This document shows, in pieces, positions 37,128-50,301 of a stretch of 55,771 nucleotides of DNA; the first letter of the stretch is position 1, and every line of letters starts with the position of its first letter. Made by a program: the position numbers and the translations under genes. This DNA is from Catajapyx aquilonaris (lineage: Eukaryota), in NCBI GenBank assembly GCA_000934665.2, contig KZ538134.1, positions 62,001-117,771 on the forward strand, written 5' to 3'. The notes under the pieces are model-generated. The model was not told where the DNA came from and searched no databases. It saw nothing but the letters and a program-made list of their open reading frames with translations.

Positions 37128-38126
37128 CTTTGACAGCGGTCTGTGCATAAATCAGAAAACGTTGATACATAACCAGACAAAAATCAAAGCCTCTCTTACC
37201 TTACCGAATGATACGCTGAATTATTGGTGCAACGATTGCATCAACAATTTTCCTTTTATACACATTGGCTAATCATATCTAGCTGCCGTTAATTAAAAAT
37301 GTAATCCAGAATTATCTATGGGAATCACACAATACACTAATACGTGCATTTATGTCTAGCTAGATAAGTCAAGCTTCTGCAATCACACTATTAGTATTAA
37401 TTAAAAACAAGATAACAGAAGGAGGCTGGAATGGACGTGATTGGCGCGTTGCGCAGACTAGCTCTTCATAATATTGTTGAGTCATCATAATTATTATCCT
37501 TTTCAGGCATCCAGACGACCTTTCCTTCTAGTGGAGGGCATAATTATGCTGACGTTGACAAAGCTTCATGGAAAGATGCGATAGAAGAATAAATACTCAC
37601 ATGCGTTTGTAGATCACGCTGACACATACAATATGTTCAACACAATGAAAAAAAAAACTTTTTGAGTAGAACAGTAGAATAAACAATGTCAGAATACACA
37701 ATATGCTACTATTTCTGAAATATTCGTACATATGTGTAAATATAACCAATTCCAATGCTCCATTGGATAAACAAATCACATTTGGAGGCATGATATTGTT
37801 CCAGAAGGAAAAGTCTGAAGTTCCAGATCTTCACATTCAGTGAAAGGGCAGAAGGAAAAGGTACTCACAATCAGTTGAATAATCTCAATGACAGGGAAAT
37901 AGGAGAAGTATGTGATATCCATGAGAGTACCGTAATCTTATCTATGACTGGAGATAAGGTCATCAAAATAATGCATCCTGTGTTCCCCGGCCAAGGTTGA
38001 GGAAGGAGGAAAAAAGCAGCATCCTGTCGTATGCATTATGAGTGTTTGTTCCAAATCAACGGATGGTCACAGGAGCTGATTCCTTTATTTAGATTGGATG
38101 GTTCATAAAATTAATTATGTTTATAT

Positions 38127-38496
38127 TTAATTATTGTGAGGAGTGGTTATGTCTGCCTTTGGGTCGCAATGATGGTTCTCGTCTGGGTTGAAGACTGTAG
38201 TGGTGGTGCTGCACTTCTACCAGCTGCAGGCCACCCTCCCACACTGCATAATTATGCAGAAGCAACCAACGTCTCCAGGATAAGGAAAGACCACGGGGTA
38301 TAGCAACAGTTATGTATGATGGGACACTTGTCCGCAAACCTCTTTGGGGAACTGGATGGGATTAGGGGTGGTGGTGGCTGCATCGCCGTAGGATTCGGGG
38401 TAGTCCATTGACCAGTAATGGACGGTTGATGCACAGAGACAGGCATTCCACAACCAGCATCGAAATAACAATGACCAAAGACATCAGGTGCTTCAT
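38127..38496 (-). pseudogene. Frameshifted pseudogene of the same Cys-rich peptide family (paralog B)
   Basis: MKHLMSLVIVISMLVVECLSLCINRP, then homologous blocks in different frames (DYPESYGDAATTT, ADKCP, PVVFPYPGDVGCFC, VFNPDENHHCD) with several frameshifts and an in-frame TAG. Confidence 0.8.
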
Positions 38497-39607
38497 GTTG
38501 TCGAAGAACTGGAAGCAATGCATTTTTTAAAAAAAATCTGAACTACGATATAATTATAATATAGTAATAAAATCTCGTTACAACGAAACCGGTCGGCCAT
38601 AGTGTTTGTTTTCTTTTATTGTACGTACTTCTGGGTTCTGGCCTCTGCTTGCAGTGGAGTACCAAGAGGATTTGGCAAGAGGACTTGTCTCAAGACACAG
38701 GGTGCATTACTTTGATTGAGGCTATATCTTGTATCAAAAAAAGTAGACTTATTCTCCGATACCTGACAGCTTTTCCTAGTTCCAGGTCATTGAAATAATA
38801 TTCCACTCGCCTTTCCTACTGCTCAGCCATTCTAAATAAAATAATGGTTGACATTATTTTCACACTTCCTTCTGGCCAGAGGAATACTCTCATCTGTCAA
38901 TATGTGATTGGTTCATCCTGCGCGAGGGTCAGCACCAACAAGACATACAGAATTTTAATGCAAATCTTCATATCAACCCAACCTATTTGTGATATTTATC
39001 CCAAAGGATTTTATTTGTATTAAATAGAAATCTGCACCACATCAACACACTAGGAAAGCGTGTGAGTAATTTACTTGGAATTGAGTCATTCAGCCTTTCC
39101 AACATGAACCATTGGTCAAAACGGGGTCAAAAGCACTTGTCCCCCCAGTAGCAGGAAAGGTCGTCGGTATGCTCGTGAATGATAATCTGATATATCAATC
39201 ATTTATTAAAAGTCTGGTACGAGTTCAGGTGCAACAGCCAATCACGCCCATTTCCGCTAGTTTCCTTCTGTTAAGTTAGTTATCTTGTTTTTAATTACTG
39301 AACATGCCAATCACACATCTACACCTGCACTTCATTGTATCATATACTTCCTTGTTCCTGCAGATAATTTTGGCTCACATCTAAGTCTTATAGATATGAT
39401 TAGGCACCCAATTGGGTATAAAAGTGAAGGTCTGAGGGAATCTATGCACCATCACACATCGTATACTACCAAGAGTTTAGCACATCTCATCTTGCTAAAA
39501 GGTAAGAATAGTTATGATATTGTCTGATTATTATAGCAATGTGTCTATCTGGTACGAGTTAATTGATATTTTGTTCTGGTCATTTACAGTCGCCTAAACC
39601 TGCCAAC

Positions 39608-39937
39608 ATGAAGTACCTGTCCTTGACCATTGTCCTTGCTGTACTGGTGGTGGATGCCATGTCTCTGGGCATCAACCGTCCTGTAGACCACCCAGAATCC
39701 GACGCCGCAGACGCCGCCACCACCGCGAAGCCCGCCCAGTGTCCCCAGGAGATTTCGGACAAGTGTCCCAAACCCGACCCACCCAAAGTAGTGGTCTTCC
39801 CCTTCTCTGGAGACATCCACTGCTTCTGCATGTGCAGCGGAGGGGTGGCCTGGAAGCAGTGCTGTGCACCACCTCTAGTCTTCAACCCAAATGCGATGGA
39901 TTACTGCTCTGAGCCCACCTCCACTCCAAAGAGCTAA
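39608..39937 (+). CDS. Secreted Cys-rich peptide with atypical chitin-binding type-2 domain, paralog C
   Basis: MKYLSLTIVLAVLVVDAMSLGINRP...CPQEISDKCPKPDPPKVVVFPFSGDIHCFCMCSGGVAWKQCCAPPLVFNPNAMDYC; TATAAAA at 39417, 5'UTR intron 39502-39589, AATAAA near 39968. Confidence 0.82.
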   Translation: MKYLSLTIVLAVLVVDAMSLGINRPVDHPESDAADAATTAKPAQCPQEISDKCPKPDPPKVVVFPFSGDIHCFCMCSGGVAWKQCCAPPLVFNPNAMDYCSEPTSTPKS

Positions 39938-40917
39938 ACAGAGCCATGTATACACAAAACGATGATGAATAAACAGTTTATTACCAAGGAAAATGTGATT
40001 TGTATGTGCTCATATTACATCTTGATCGGGAACAAACATGTCGTATAGACTACTACACAACTTAAATCAATGCAAGGTAGATTTAAAAAGAAATGTGTAA
40101 ATCTTTTATTGCGGTCAGGAGCTGATAATACATCAACAAAAACACATAATTATGGTGCATCATGGGACAAAGAATGTTAACAAACAATGACAAAAAAGGC
40201 TGCATCTTATTAGGCAGAGGAAAAACCCTGTGAAATTCGCAGTATTGGCCATAATAAATAGAGTCCAATATTAACACACAGAATATCTTAAGCAGTATAG
40301 TATACTTATTTACGACATATATACAGAATGAAACTTTTATATAACATTTCCGAAAAAGATAATGAGAAAGTGAAGAACAAAAGTACATCATTATGGGCTA
40401 TTTTTTCAAGACAGTTTTTTCACAGTCCAATTTTCAACAAATTCTCTTACAAGATTAAAACCCTGTGATTTGTGATAAGAGTGCAAACTCCAATTCGTTC
40501 TCCTGAAAAATTACACTTTTGAGGGTTGTCACGTTTTTCTACCACACTCCTCAAATATAGTCCGACTGTATACATACTTTAACAAGTGTTACATAAATAT
40601 TAATGTGAAACCCCAACTAATACAGTATTATGGAAAAGTAAATTCCTATGTGTCATATACATTAGGGCATAAAAAGAGTGGATTGTGGGGAAATACCCCA
40701 AAACAATGATCAATGCTCACTGTACACATTTTTATCAGTGCAGTTCTTCAGCCGATTTCATGCAACTTCAATCTGATGCGTATACATTTAAAATATTGCA
40801 AGTACAGATCATGGATTATTATGTGCAAAATAATGGTCAACTTATTAACTCATCAGTTTGGTTCTCAATGAGCTTTCTCATGACTAATGATTCGTGTGTG
40901 TAACCTGCTCGAGACAC

Positions 40918-43577
40918 CTAAGGCATGAACTGAAGATGACTCGATATAGAACTAGGTCTCAAACTGTTTTCCGGTGAAACAGGCTCGCGGATAGGTCTAA
41001 CTTTTGTTCCATTCATTGACTGCAATTTAGTACCGTTTCCAAACGGAACATTTGCTTCATTCTCTGACAGAATATCTGTTTGATTCACAGACTGAGAAGT
41101 TTGCTCAAGACTACAGGTTGGCTCAACTTTTGCATTTCTGCCTTTTCTCACACAGCAGTTGGAAACTGCTTCCATAAAAAATATGAGGCAAGCAAGTGCG
41201 ATCCCAATGAGGTAAAATAACAAGATAAAATAGACTTTCGCTAAAGTCAAAACCTCAGCTCCACTTTGATCTGTCGAATCCTTGTAGCCGGGCATCTTTC
41301 TAGCCTTGTAAAAATGCCTCATGAAGTTAACATTGTTAACCAGCTCTCGCCTCTTGGCGCTAACAGCACCCTCGAAGAACCGTCTCAGCATAAAATTCCA
41401 CTGAAAATAATTGATGTCATCATTGCCGAGAGCAGGACCAGTGTACGCATTCGTGGACCTTTCAGGAGCCCACAGCAACCGCAGCTTCCCATTTCCGTCC
41501 AGGAACAGGTCCTTTTCTCTCTTGAAGAAGTAGTCAATCATGAGGCATGCGAAGTTCTCATCCAGACTTCTCTCAAAGCAGTTGCGGAAGCTTGTCTCGA
41601 TTCCAAGCCTTTCCAAAATCCGTTCAAAGAGCTTATATTTGGTCTGCTCGACGGCCATTGCTATGAGCGTTTTCAAGAGAAAGACAGTTCCGTAAGCCAT
41701 CTTTGAGTCGAGGAGCTCGGTAAAATTCTGTGGTAGTATCTCCGTTTCTGGAGAGGACAAGAATGCGACTAGCTTTGCTTTGTATCCGCAGACTATCACT
41801 AAGCTAGATAGACAGAAAAATGCGTAAAATGTACGGGTGGAGGTGTATCCAGGTGGAGGTCCAGGTTGCTCCACGAACTCCCTCATGACAAGTCGCAACA
41901 TGGCCATATATGACCGTGTCTTCTCCTTGCCTGACATCTGGTTGCCTTTCTTCTGGAGGAAGTAGTAGCTGAGGGCACCTAGGATCAAGGCGGTGCAGAG
42001 TCCTACCCACACCTCGTAGGCGTACGGTTGGAACATAATGTACCACTTCATATCTGGGTTCGGATGTCTGGTGGCGAAGGAGAAGTGGAAATAGATCAGA
42101 GGAATGAACATGGAGTTGTATCGGATAGTAGTATGTGAGAAGAACTGCACCATGGCAGCATCTGCCTTGTGGTAATACAAAGCTCCAGCCATGCCCGTCA
42201 TGGTTCCATTTGAGAACCGCTCTTCCAGTGAGATCTGAGGTACGACCATCTTTATGCGTATGTTGAGAAGGCGCTCCAAGTACACGGCAGCGTACTCTTC
42301 GTACGACATCAGAGTGTAGTCGGTCTTCCACTTCTTGCGGGCGCCCTCCATGTCTATGTCTTCGATATGGGCCCAGATGACCTCGCGACCGTTCTGGTTG
42401 CGGGGGGTGGTCGGGAATAGGAGACGACGCTCTGGGATAGGGAACCTCGGATAGGACATGGGCTTGTTCAAGGTGTGAGTACCGGCGTTGCAGAAGTAGC
42501 AGAGGTTGTGCATTACCAGCTGGCCCTTGGCGTAGTGTGTCAGGAGTTTCAGGGTGATGCCCTTTGCCGGGTCCCTGAAGAGGAGTCGCTCAGGACGATC
42601 TCCTGACATCACGTGGATCAGGACGGGATCAAGCAAGTTCCGGAACTGGAAGGAGGTGGCGACATGGATGGTCAGCTTCGGGAACATGTCCATGGACGAT
42701 GCCAAGAGCATGTTGAAGGCGCACGTGCCTCCGGACCAAATGTTTGGTTTGCGCATTCCAGGGGGTAGTGTGCGGAATGAGTACAACTGATCATCTCGCC
42801 ATATCTCAGGGTGATCGGCGTACGAAGGGGAGAATGACGGGTCCATTCGGCCCAGAAAGAATGTACGGTAGCTGTTGTTTTGTTGTGAGCGAACTAGTGA
42901 CTGCATGGGAAGTGGCAGGGTCGTCTTGTCTGTACCCAACACCATGGAGCAGTCTTGAAACTGGTAGGCCAATACATGCTCCACGAGAGAGGCTAGCAAG
43001 ATGTCTTCGTTGTTTTCTGGAGGAGCAGCCATCCTTTTTGACAACTGAATCTGTTGATATGCAATGTATACTCACAATATTAGGCTACCTATGATCCCCC
43101 CCAAAGGCTATATGTAAAGCCCTCAGGGGCAATGAAAATAATACTTAAAAAATATTACCTTCCCAAACTGTGGGTCGCGACCCCTAATCGGGGAGGGTAA
43201 CAAATTATTATTTTCTCTCTCGCTTGAAATTTATGCTCAGATAGTAAGTTACAGAACAATATTCAGATACTCGACAATAGCTATCAATTTCATTTCATAT
43301 TTCATATTTCATGGTGAGGGATCAAAATGTGCGCATCTGGGGGGGGGGGGGGGGNNNNNNNNNNGGGGGTGTCGCGAATTTTACGAGACGATTTTTTTTG
43401 GGGTCGACAACGAAAAATATAGGACAGCACTGACTTAGACTCTACGAATGTCGGCAGTCACCTACCACCGTCTAAGAATAATAAAGAAGTCAAAAATATT
43501 AGCAATGAACTCACCATTTCGACAAGATGTGTAATAGAAATAATCATAAATGAGATCCATAATAATGAGACCCGCAT
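40918..43577 (-). CDS. Divergent ionotropic receptor (variant iGluR/IR family), copy 1
   Basis: Signal-peptide exon 43515-43577 (MRVSLLWISFMIISITHLVEM) spliced in phase 0 to one large exon 40918-43044; NGTMTGMAGALYYHKAD (S1), FQPYAYEVW (pre-M1), STRTF...CGYKAKLVAFLSSP (M2), LTLAKV..YLIG (last TM). Confidence 0.88.
43355..43364. other. Assembly gap (10 N) in a poly-G tract within a hAT-like remnant
   Basis: N run flanked by G homopolymer; CCCAAACTGTGGGTCGCGACCCC near 43163. Confidence 0.95.
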
Positions 43578-44889
43578 ATTGGCTACTCATCATAGGAGCA
43601 GACATCACCGCGAGCTTTTCACTTGTGTCGAAGAGTGACAAATGCGAATCGTGTGGTCAATGTCAAGGTCACTAAAGTAATGAAATTGACCTTGGCAGTC
43701 AATAGGTTTGTAGGGCAAATTATACCTCACCTGGGCAATAAGACGGTATTATGACATTTGCCCCATTGTCGTTTGTACAAATAGTAGGCCTTTTCTAATC
43801 AGGGTAAGTGTCTCGTCGATCCAGAGACAAATTGCTCAGTATATTGCTTCCATTTTGTTGTAAAAGCAGTGTATCTACAGCAATCAGAAGAGCAGCTACA
43901 AAATGAGTATCAGTAAATTCGTAAATGGCTCTAAATGTTATGAATATATTGCCCTACTAGAGCCTAGAAAATCATACCTTTATAGTAGCTATGATTATTC
44001 TAAAATGTTCACAAGACATACAGTACATAATTATGTACTTAAATATTTTTGACTTTATTCTATGTATAATTACATGCGGATGGGCGACCCCAGTAATAAT
44101 GAAGGTGACAACATCGTGATTTTGATGCTTCCATGAGGCTTATCCATTTCTGGATGTCTTGCGCGCAGCGGAGAAAATACTACACATTGCGATTAAGAAA
44201 TAAAAAAGTAATCAAAATAAATTCCAAAAATCACGAAATACCGCACCTTAGTACAAAGAATGCTATAATTAACCGTGCTCAAACTACTGTAAAAACCGAT
44301 CACCACACATCACTACTAGACTGTGTATGACTGTCACTTTGCATTAGATAACCCTATCTCCCAGGCTCAGGATCGAAAATCTGTAAAGCAATAATAAATG
44401 TGTTGATGATAATGTAACAGCATTATTTTATTAATTCCCCAGCAAGGGACACGTCTCCTTAAATCATGAAATTAAAATTGAATCACAACTGAGTCATGTG
44501 GCTGTATTTGACAAACCAAGCTCCCTCCACGTTTGATGAGTGTGACTGTCACGAGTGTGAATATTATTATTCATGCAAGGTTATCAGTAGTCACAGGCAT
44601 GAACTGGTAAACATTGAGCTTACAACAGTTCATACATTAATAGTGTGACTTGAAAGCAAATTAATAAACCAGTAGTAGCACTCAGAATCGTTTACAGCAT
44701 GATAAGGAGTAATGAACGCTTACGTTGCTTTTAACGTACAAATGCAGGAAGTCGTTAAGGGAACGATTATAGCCCTACAAAGCAGTTGCACTCTACATCC
44801 CTCTGTATGTATTCTGACCATTTGTTGAGAAGATATTCTAGTTGAGACACCTGCTCACATTCGTAGCACATTTGCATATACCTGAAAAT

Positions 44890-46928
44890 ATGGATAACCT
44901 GTGTAGTTGCACAATTCTGGCCATACTTTCATCGTTATTACCCGGGGTTAGCAAGGTATGTCTCACGTGGTTTAAATATAAGCCAATATCTAAAATCATA
45001 ACTTACAGGTGACAGCAGGATCTGCGAACTTTTCACTACATACGGACACTCTCGAGGACATGGTGCTCACCACACTTGTGGAAAACCTGATGGACACCAT
45101 CTACTCCGATTGCTCCTTTGGATTTGACACAGAATTCCAGTCCACAAGTCCATCTCTGCAGGCCTACTTCAAAAAGCATGAGTCCAACTACCGCCCATTA
45201 GTGACCACCAGAATGGACCTTGCCTTTTCCGTGGTTCATACGGACTATCCAGAGATTTGGAAGGAGGAACAGCTGTACTCTTTCCGTACAATGCCTGTCA
45301 AACTACGTTCTGACCTGTGGAACGGTGTCAAATGCGCCTTAAACCTCCTGATAGCCGATTCTCCCGACACATTTCCGAAGCTGATGCTCCATGCTGCTAC
45401 CTCCTTCTGGATCCGAAATAATTATGATCCGGTCCTGATCCATGTCCGATCTGGATCAGAAGCTGCACCGATGTTACTTCTTCAACCTCCAGGAGACGGC
45501 ATCAATTTTAAAATGGTGTCTCATTTCACAGGCTCAAATCTAACCCTATACACAACCTGCTATTTTTGCCAGGCAGGAGTACACACTGTCAATCCACCGA
45601 TGACGTACCCAAAGTATGAAGCATACCGCTACTTTCCAGGAGCTACACTGAACTTCAACGGAAGCAATATCATCATAGCTCATGTAGAGGATGTGGACAT
45701 GGAATCTGGAAGACGAACGACGACCATGTCTTCTCTAACGTATGAACAATACTACATGCTACAGTTGGAACAGGTCATGAATGCTCGTGTCACTATTGTG
45801 GTACCTGAACTCCGAATGGAGGAAACGTATCCGAACGGGACACACTGCGGAATAACTGGAGCTGTAGTGTACAAAGAAGCATATTTATCTCTAGTGACGT
45901 TATACACTGATATATCAGTGATGGCTAACTTGTTGCCGTACCCTATAATTTATTTCCATGTGTCCTTTGCAACCAGGCATCCACGTCCTGACATCAAGTG
46001 GTATATCATCTTTCAACCATACACATCAAAAGTCTGGGCATGTATTGCGACTACAGTGCTGATATCTGCTTTGACCATATATTGTTTAGAAAAGGTGGAC
46101 CAGGATGCTGGATCATTTCTGTCGTACTTGCAATGTCTAAAGGCAGCAATTCGTGAACTGGTGGAACAACCTGCTGGACACCCATACACCATTCCAACAA
46201 TGGTGTTCTGCGTGTTCTTCTTCCTATTTTGCATCACGATTAGTTGCGGATACAAGGCCAAACTAGTAGCATTCTTGACATATCCTGAGATGGAAATTCT
46301 TCCTGATTATATCAGGGAATTAGCGGGTTCAAATATGGCGTATGGCTCGCCCCTATTTTTCAAGACACTGATAGCAATGTTTGTTGCTAGAGCTGATGAT
46401 GCGGTGTTGGATTCACTAATGGGCTCCCTGGAGGTGACTGCAAGCATCAAGTCATGCCTGGAAGAGGCATTGTCTCATGATTTTGCATGCGTCATACCCG
46501 ATTACTACTACAATCGCGACAACAATATTTTCATTGATGAGCAAGGAAACTTGAAGTTGCGATGGGCTCCGGATAAGACTTATAACTTGTATACGGGTCC
46601 GGCTTTTGGTCGTGATGAGGTTCTATTTGCCAAAGTGGTTCCCTTGTTGCTTCGGGTGTTTGAAGCCAGTATATTGACAGAGCGACAGGACGTTTTCAAT
46701 CACTTCAAATTTTTGAGTTATTACCATGAGATGCGTAGAATGGCGAAAGGCGAAGAGAAGGAAGAGAAAAGAAGAGAGATTCTGACCCTTGGTAAAATTG
46801 TGTTTGTCATTGTGGTTTGGGTGATAGGAATTGCTGCTTCTGTGATAGGATTTGTTGTTGAGATGGTTGTGCATGCGCAGCAGGTAAGAAGTGAGAAGAG
46901 AGATCACCCCTACACTTTCCTTGTTTGA
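44890..46928 (+). CDS. Divergent ionotropic receptor, copy 2
   Basis: Signal-peptide exon 44890-44955 (MDNLCSCTILAILSSLLPGVSK) plus exon 45009-46928; NGTHCGITGAV, FQPYTSKVW, CGYKAKLVAFLTYP, LTLGKIVFV; clear paralog of copy 1 (DYPEIWKEEQLYSFRTMP vs DHPEIWRDDQLYSFRTLP). Confidence 0.88.
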
Positions 46929-47842
46929 AGCTCGTGTCTCATTATTAGGTAATTAACCGAGCTATGCTACAAACACACAATTCTGCTTAATGTATGCCAC
47001 ATGATTATTTTGCATTATCAGCTGGTGTCTCATGATGTACTCAGTGTTTTGTCAGTTGCTTCTAGTTGTACAGTACACTCGGAAGCGTATGTAAGCAAAA
47101 TAATAAATCACCGACTTTTAATTACTTGCTTCATTAATTATATCAAATATTGGTCTCGAATGGAAAATGTAAGGTTACAAAGGACAGTTACGTAAACCAA
47201 GGTGTACAGTACACCTTATACACCTTGGTAAATGCAGCAAAGCACTCTCACTAATGGCTGGTGCAATTGGTAGTTTCACGTTGCGATATCGTTGGGCCTG
47301 TGGTTAATAGTTAATGACTTGCTGCAATCATTACAATACATCTTAACGTATTCCCAATGCCATGGGTCTGAATTTTCCGCTCTACAGTTCAGGCTTTCCG
47401 TCAAAGTCCTATTGCAGGCGACCTTAATAATTAGGCATACATGTAATTACGTCAATTAAACCCAAGAAACTAATGAGTTGTAAATTTTGACACATGACTT
47501 GTTCTGGAGAATTAACTACCCTTATCCGCCTTTTGAATCACCAATTATTTAAGTTAAAATGGAATATCCCCAGTGTAATAATTTATTTCCAGACTTACTC
47601 ATGGTAAGACTTTGGATTATTCAAATCCATCGATCCTGCTTGCTACGCTTAATAAACAGGTTGCCGCCTACAGGTTGCCACACTATACCGCAGTGCTCCA
47701 GGATATTATTTTTGTCCCAGAACAAGTGGTCAGTCAGATGTGAAGTGAGGAGAAAGTGGTGTACTATTTTTCTGCTCTACCAGACCTGAGGCTAGCATAT
47801 TTAATCGCAATGGTGCTAAACCAGCTGAATACGCAAACAAAC

Positions 47843-49446
47843 ATGCGTTTCATATATCAAAAATGTTCTATCACACTACTAGTCACATTTCTAGTCACAA
47901 CGTTCATGTACTGGGCCGGTGCACTCGTGGGACACCATTTTCAAGGTACATAATTTGATTTAAAATATTGTGTTCCAGGACCATGTGAAACCTTTTCTTT
48001 GACGTATACAAGATGAGTCAGATATATGTACGTAATTATAGTGGTGGACCACTCTGATAACATCACCACATCACTGGATATCCCATGGGAAAATACGAGT
48101 GTTGATGAGGACATGTTGGAGATCAACTCGCGATCTCTTCTTGTTCGACAGTACTTCGCACATCTTGGTAGCAGGTACGGATATTTTGCCAATTAATTTT
48201 AAGTACGTGACATACCATCTTTGGCAGGAACCAACACAACAGGCGAAGTCCTGCAGGATGTCCTCACATCAACGGTACTGTACGGATACTTTTACTGGCT
48301 TACGGAAGAAGTGGTTCCTCATTCACTGGAGAACTCCTGGCCTCTGATTCACACATGTATTATTTCTTTGAACCGATATATGTGTTCAGAAAATTGCAGG
48401 TAAGGATATAATAATTCGGATGGAAAAATGGGCACAATGTGTGCGGTTCATGTTACAGATCACCAGACACTCCGAGTTTGTGTATCGATCAAGTGTGCTT
48501 CTGAACGAAGTGTTCAGGTGCTCCAGGTACACTCTGAGAATGATGAGGAAAATACGCTGGACCATCGTGAAGCAGGAACCGGCTAGAAATAAATCTGTCA
48601 AAATTCAGTGCACAAGGACTGTACAGGTAATGCTTATTTCGGACAACGAAGTTCACAGTTGTTGATTCACTGAATTGCAGGAGAAGGCTTGTACGACAGG
48701 TGTGGTTGTGAAAACAATACGTCTACGAATAGGTCCATTTCGGCAGTGGTTTACGAATCACCCTGAAATTCACGTACTGCACTTGGTTCGCGATCCTCGA
48801 GCCATGCTGTACTCCATGTCTGTCAAGAAAGAATGGCACATAAATAGTGGAATTAACGCTGCAATCAAGTTGTGTCAAGATATGAAGCACGATCTGAAAC
48901 ATGGAAAGGAATTAGCTACAGAGAGGTAAATGCCTGCTGATATGATATTTTTATACATTAATCATACTGATTTTAATTCCCAGGTACACAGTACTTCGTT
49001 ATGAAGACCTGGTTGAAAATCCTATACATACTGCCATCCGAGCATATTCACGTACAGGCCTGCATTTTGGACCAGCAACAATGCGATATCTTCGAGACCA
49101 TCTAGGACTCAACTTATCAAAAGTGATCCATGAAAGACAACCCGACGTTTACTACTCTACTTACAGGAACTCCTCTTTTCGACATGATGTCTGGAGAGAT
49201 ACAATCGAGCCAGAGTTAGCACTACAGTTTGACAGGGTGTGCCACGATGTGCTGAATCTTCTGAATTACACTTCGTACAGTGACCTGGTTGATGACTCTT
49301 CTAATGGAGGCACCAATTTAGTTGCGCTATGCACATTTCAGTGCAAGAAAGTAGTGGTGGTCAAATTGACTATCAGGGTGGTTGTGCAGGTAGCTTCACT
49401 TATCCTTCTTGAATGGCTCAAGACAACAACAATATTAGCACTTTAA
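47843..49446 (+). pseudogene. Carbohydrate sulfotransferase (CHST1/3/5, GlcNAc-6-O-ST-like), N-terminal half apparently disrupted
   Basis: Type II anchor exon MRFIYQKCSITLLVTFLVTTFMYW; intact C-terminal exons VVKTIRL, HLVRDPRA, LRYEDL, WR; the 5'-PSB region (RTCWRS...GYF-PI) cannot be joined without frameshifts or stops. Confidence 0.65.
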
Positions 49447-49572
49447 GGGTGACAAAAGCAGCGGCGGACATATACTTTTTTTCCGTTTTTTTCCAGTCTT
49501 CGGATGATCAAAGTGTGTATAACGTATGGTCGTACATCCATTTAATGTATTGACAAATTAATTGGTTTTCAG

Positions 49573-49930
49573 TTTGTTCACCAGGCAAATACGGCCCGAA
49601 CTGCAAATTGGACTGCGGTCACTGCAGCGAGGGGTCAACGTGCGATCCAATTACTGGCGAATGTGACCTGGGATGCCTCGATTATTACATGCCGCCCTAT
49701 TACGAGAAAAGTAAGCCTGAATGTCCACACACACTTCTGATTACATTAACATGTCTTTTTTCAGCTTCTGTCCGGAAGGTTACTGCTGCCCACCTGAAGA
49801 GCTGGGACATCGATGACCTGTTACAACACCAAATATGAAGAAATGCACTGTAGACGCAGACTCGAAAATGGGTCACATGTCGTCTGCACCAGGACACGAT
49901 CCGGTCACTGGCCTCCAGGTAGCAATGTCC
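49573..49930 (+). pseudogene. Remnant EGF-like repeats (MEGF10/Draper/SCARF type)
   Basis: Phase-1 exon 49573-49710 CSPGKYGPNCKLDCGHCSEGSTCDPITGECDLGC..PPYYEK lacks the last Cys; the next exon (CPEGY...DPVTG) is out of frame and has a stop. Confidence 0.6.
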
Positions 49931-50301
49931 ATTTGTGAGGACCAACAGTCGTGGTCGACATTACCATCATTCAAGTGCATCAGGCCACAAAGCAACAATG
50001 TATAATAATGAAAATTGCCATTCTGAGAGGGGAGTGACTCATGCTAATTCATAGTATAGCAGAGTCTATTCTGACACTGAAGATATGCCAGCCCAATTGG
50101 TAAATAAGGGGGGGTTGACTAGACATTAAATGGTGAATAAGCCAAGTTGAGTGCGGGCCAAAAGTCACTTTAAGCAGACTCTTGTATAATAATATATAGT
50201 GTAGGCTACACCTCCCCCATCCGCATCCCGTTTTATTCTGTATGAATTGTCAGCTCTTCACTCTTTGGATTGTGGCTGGACCGAGTGGTCGTTTTGGCAA
50301 G

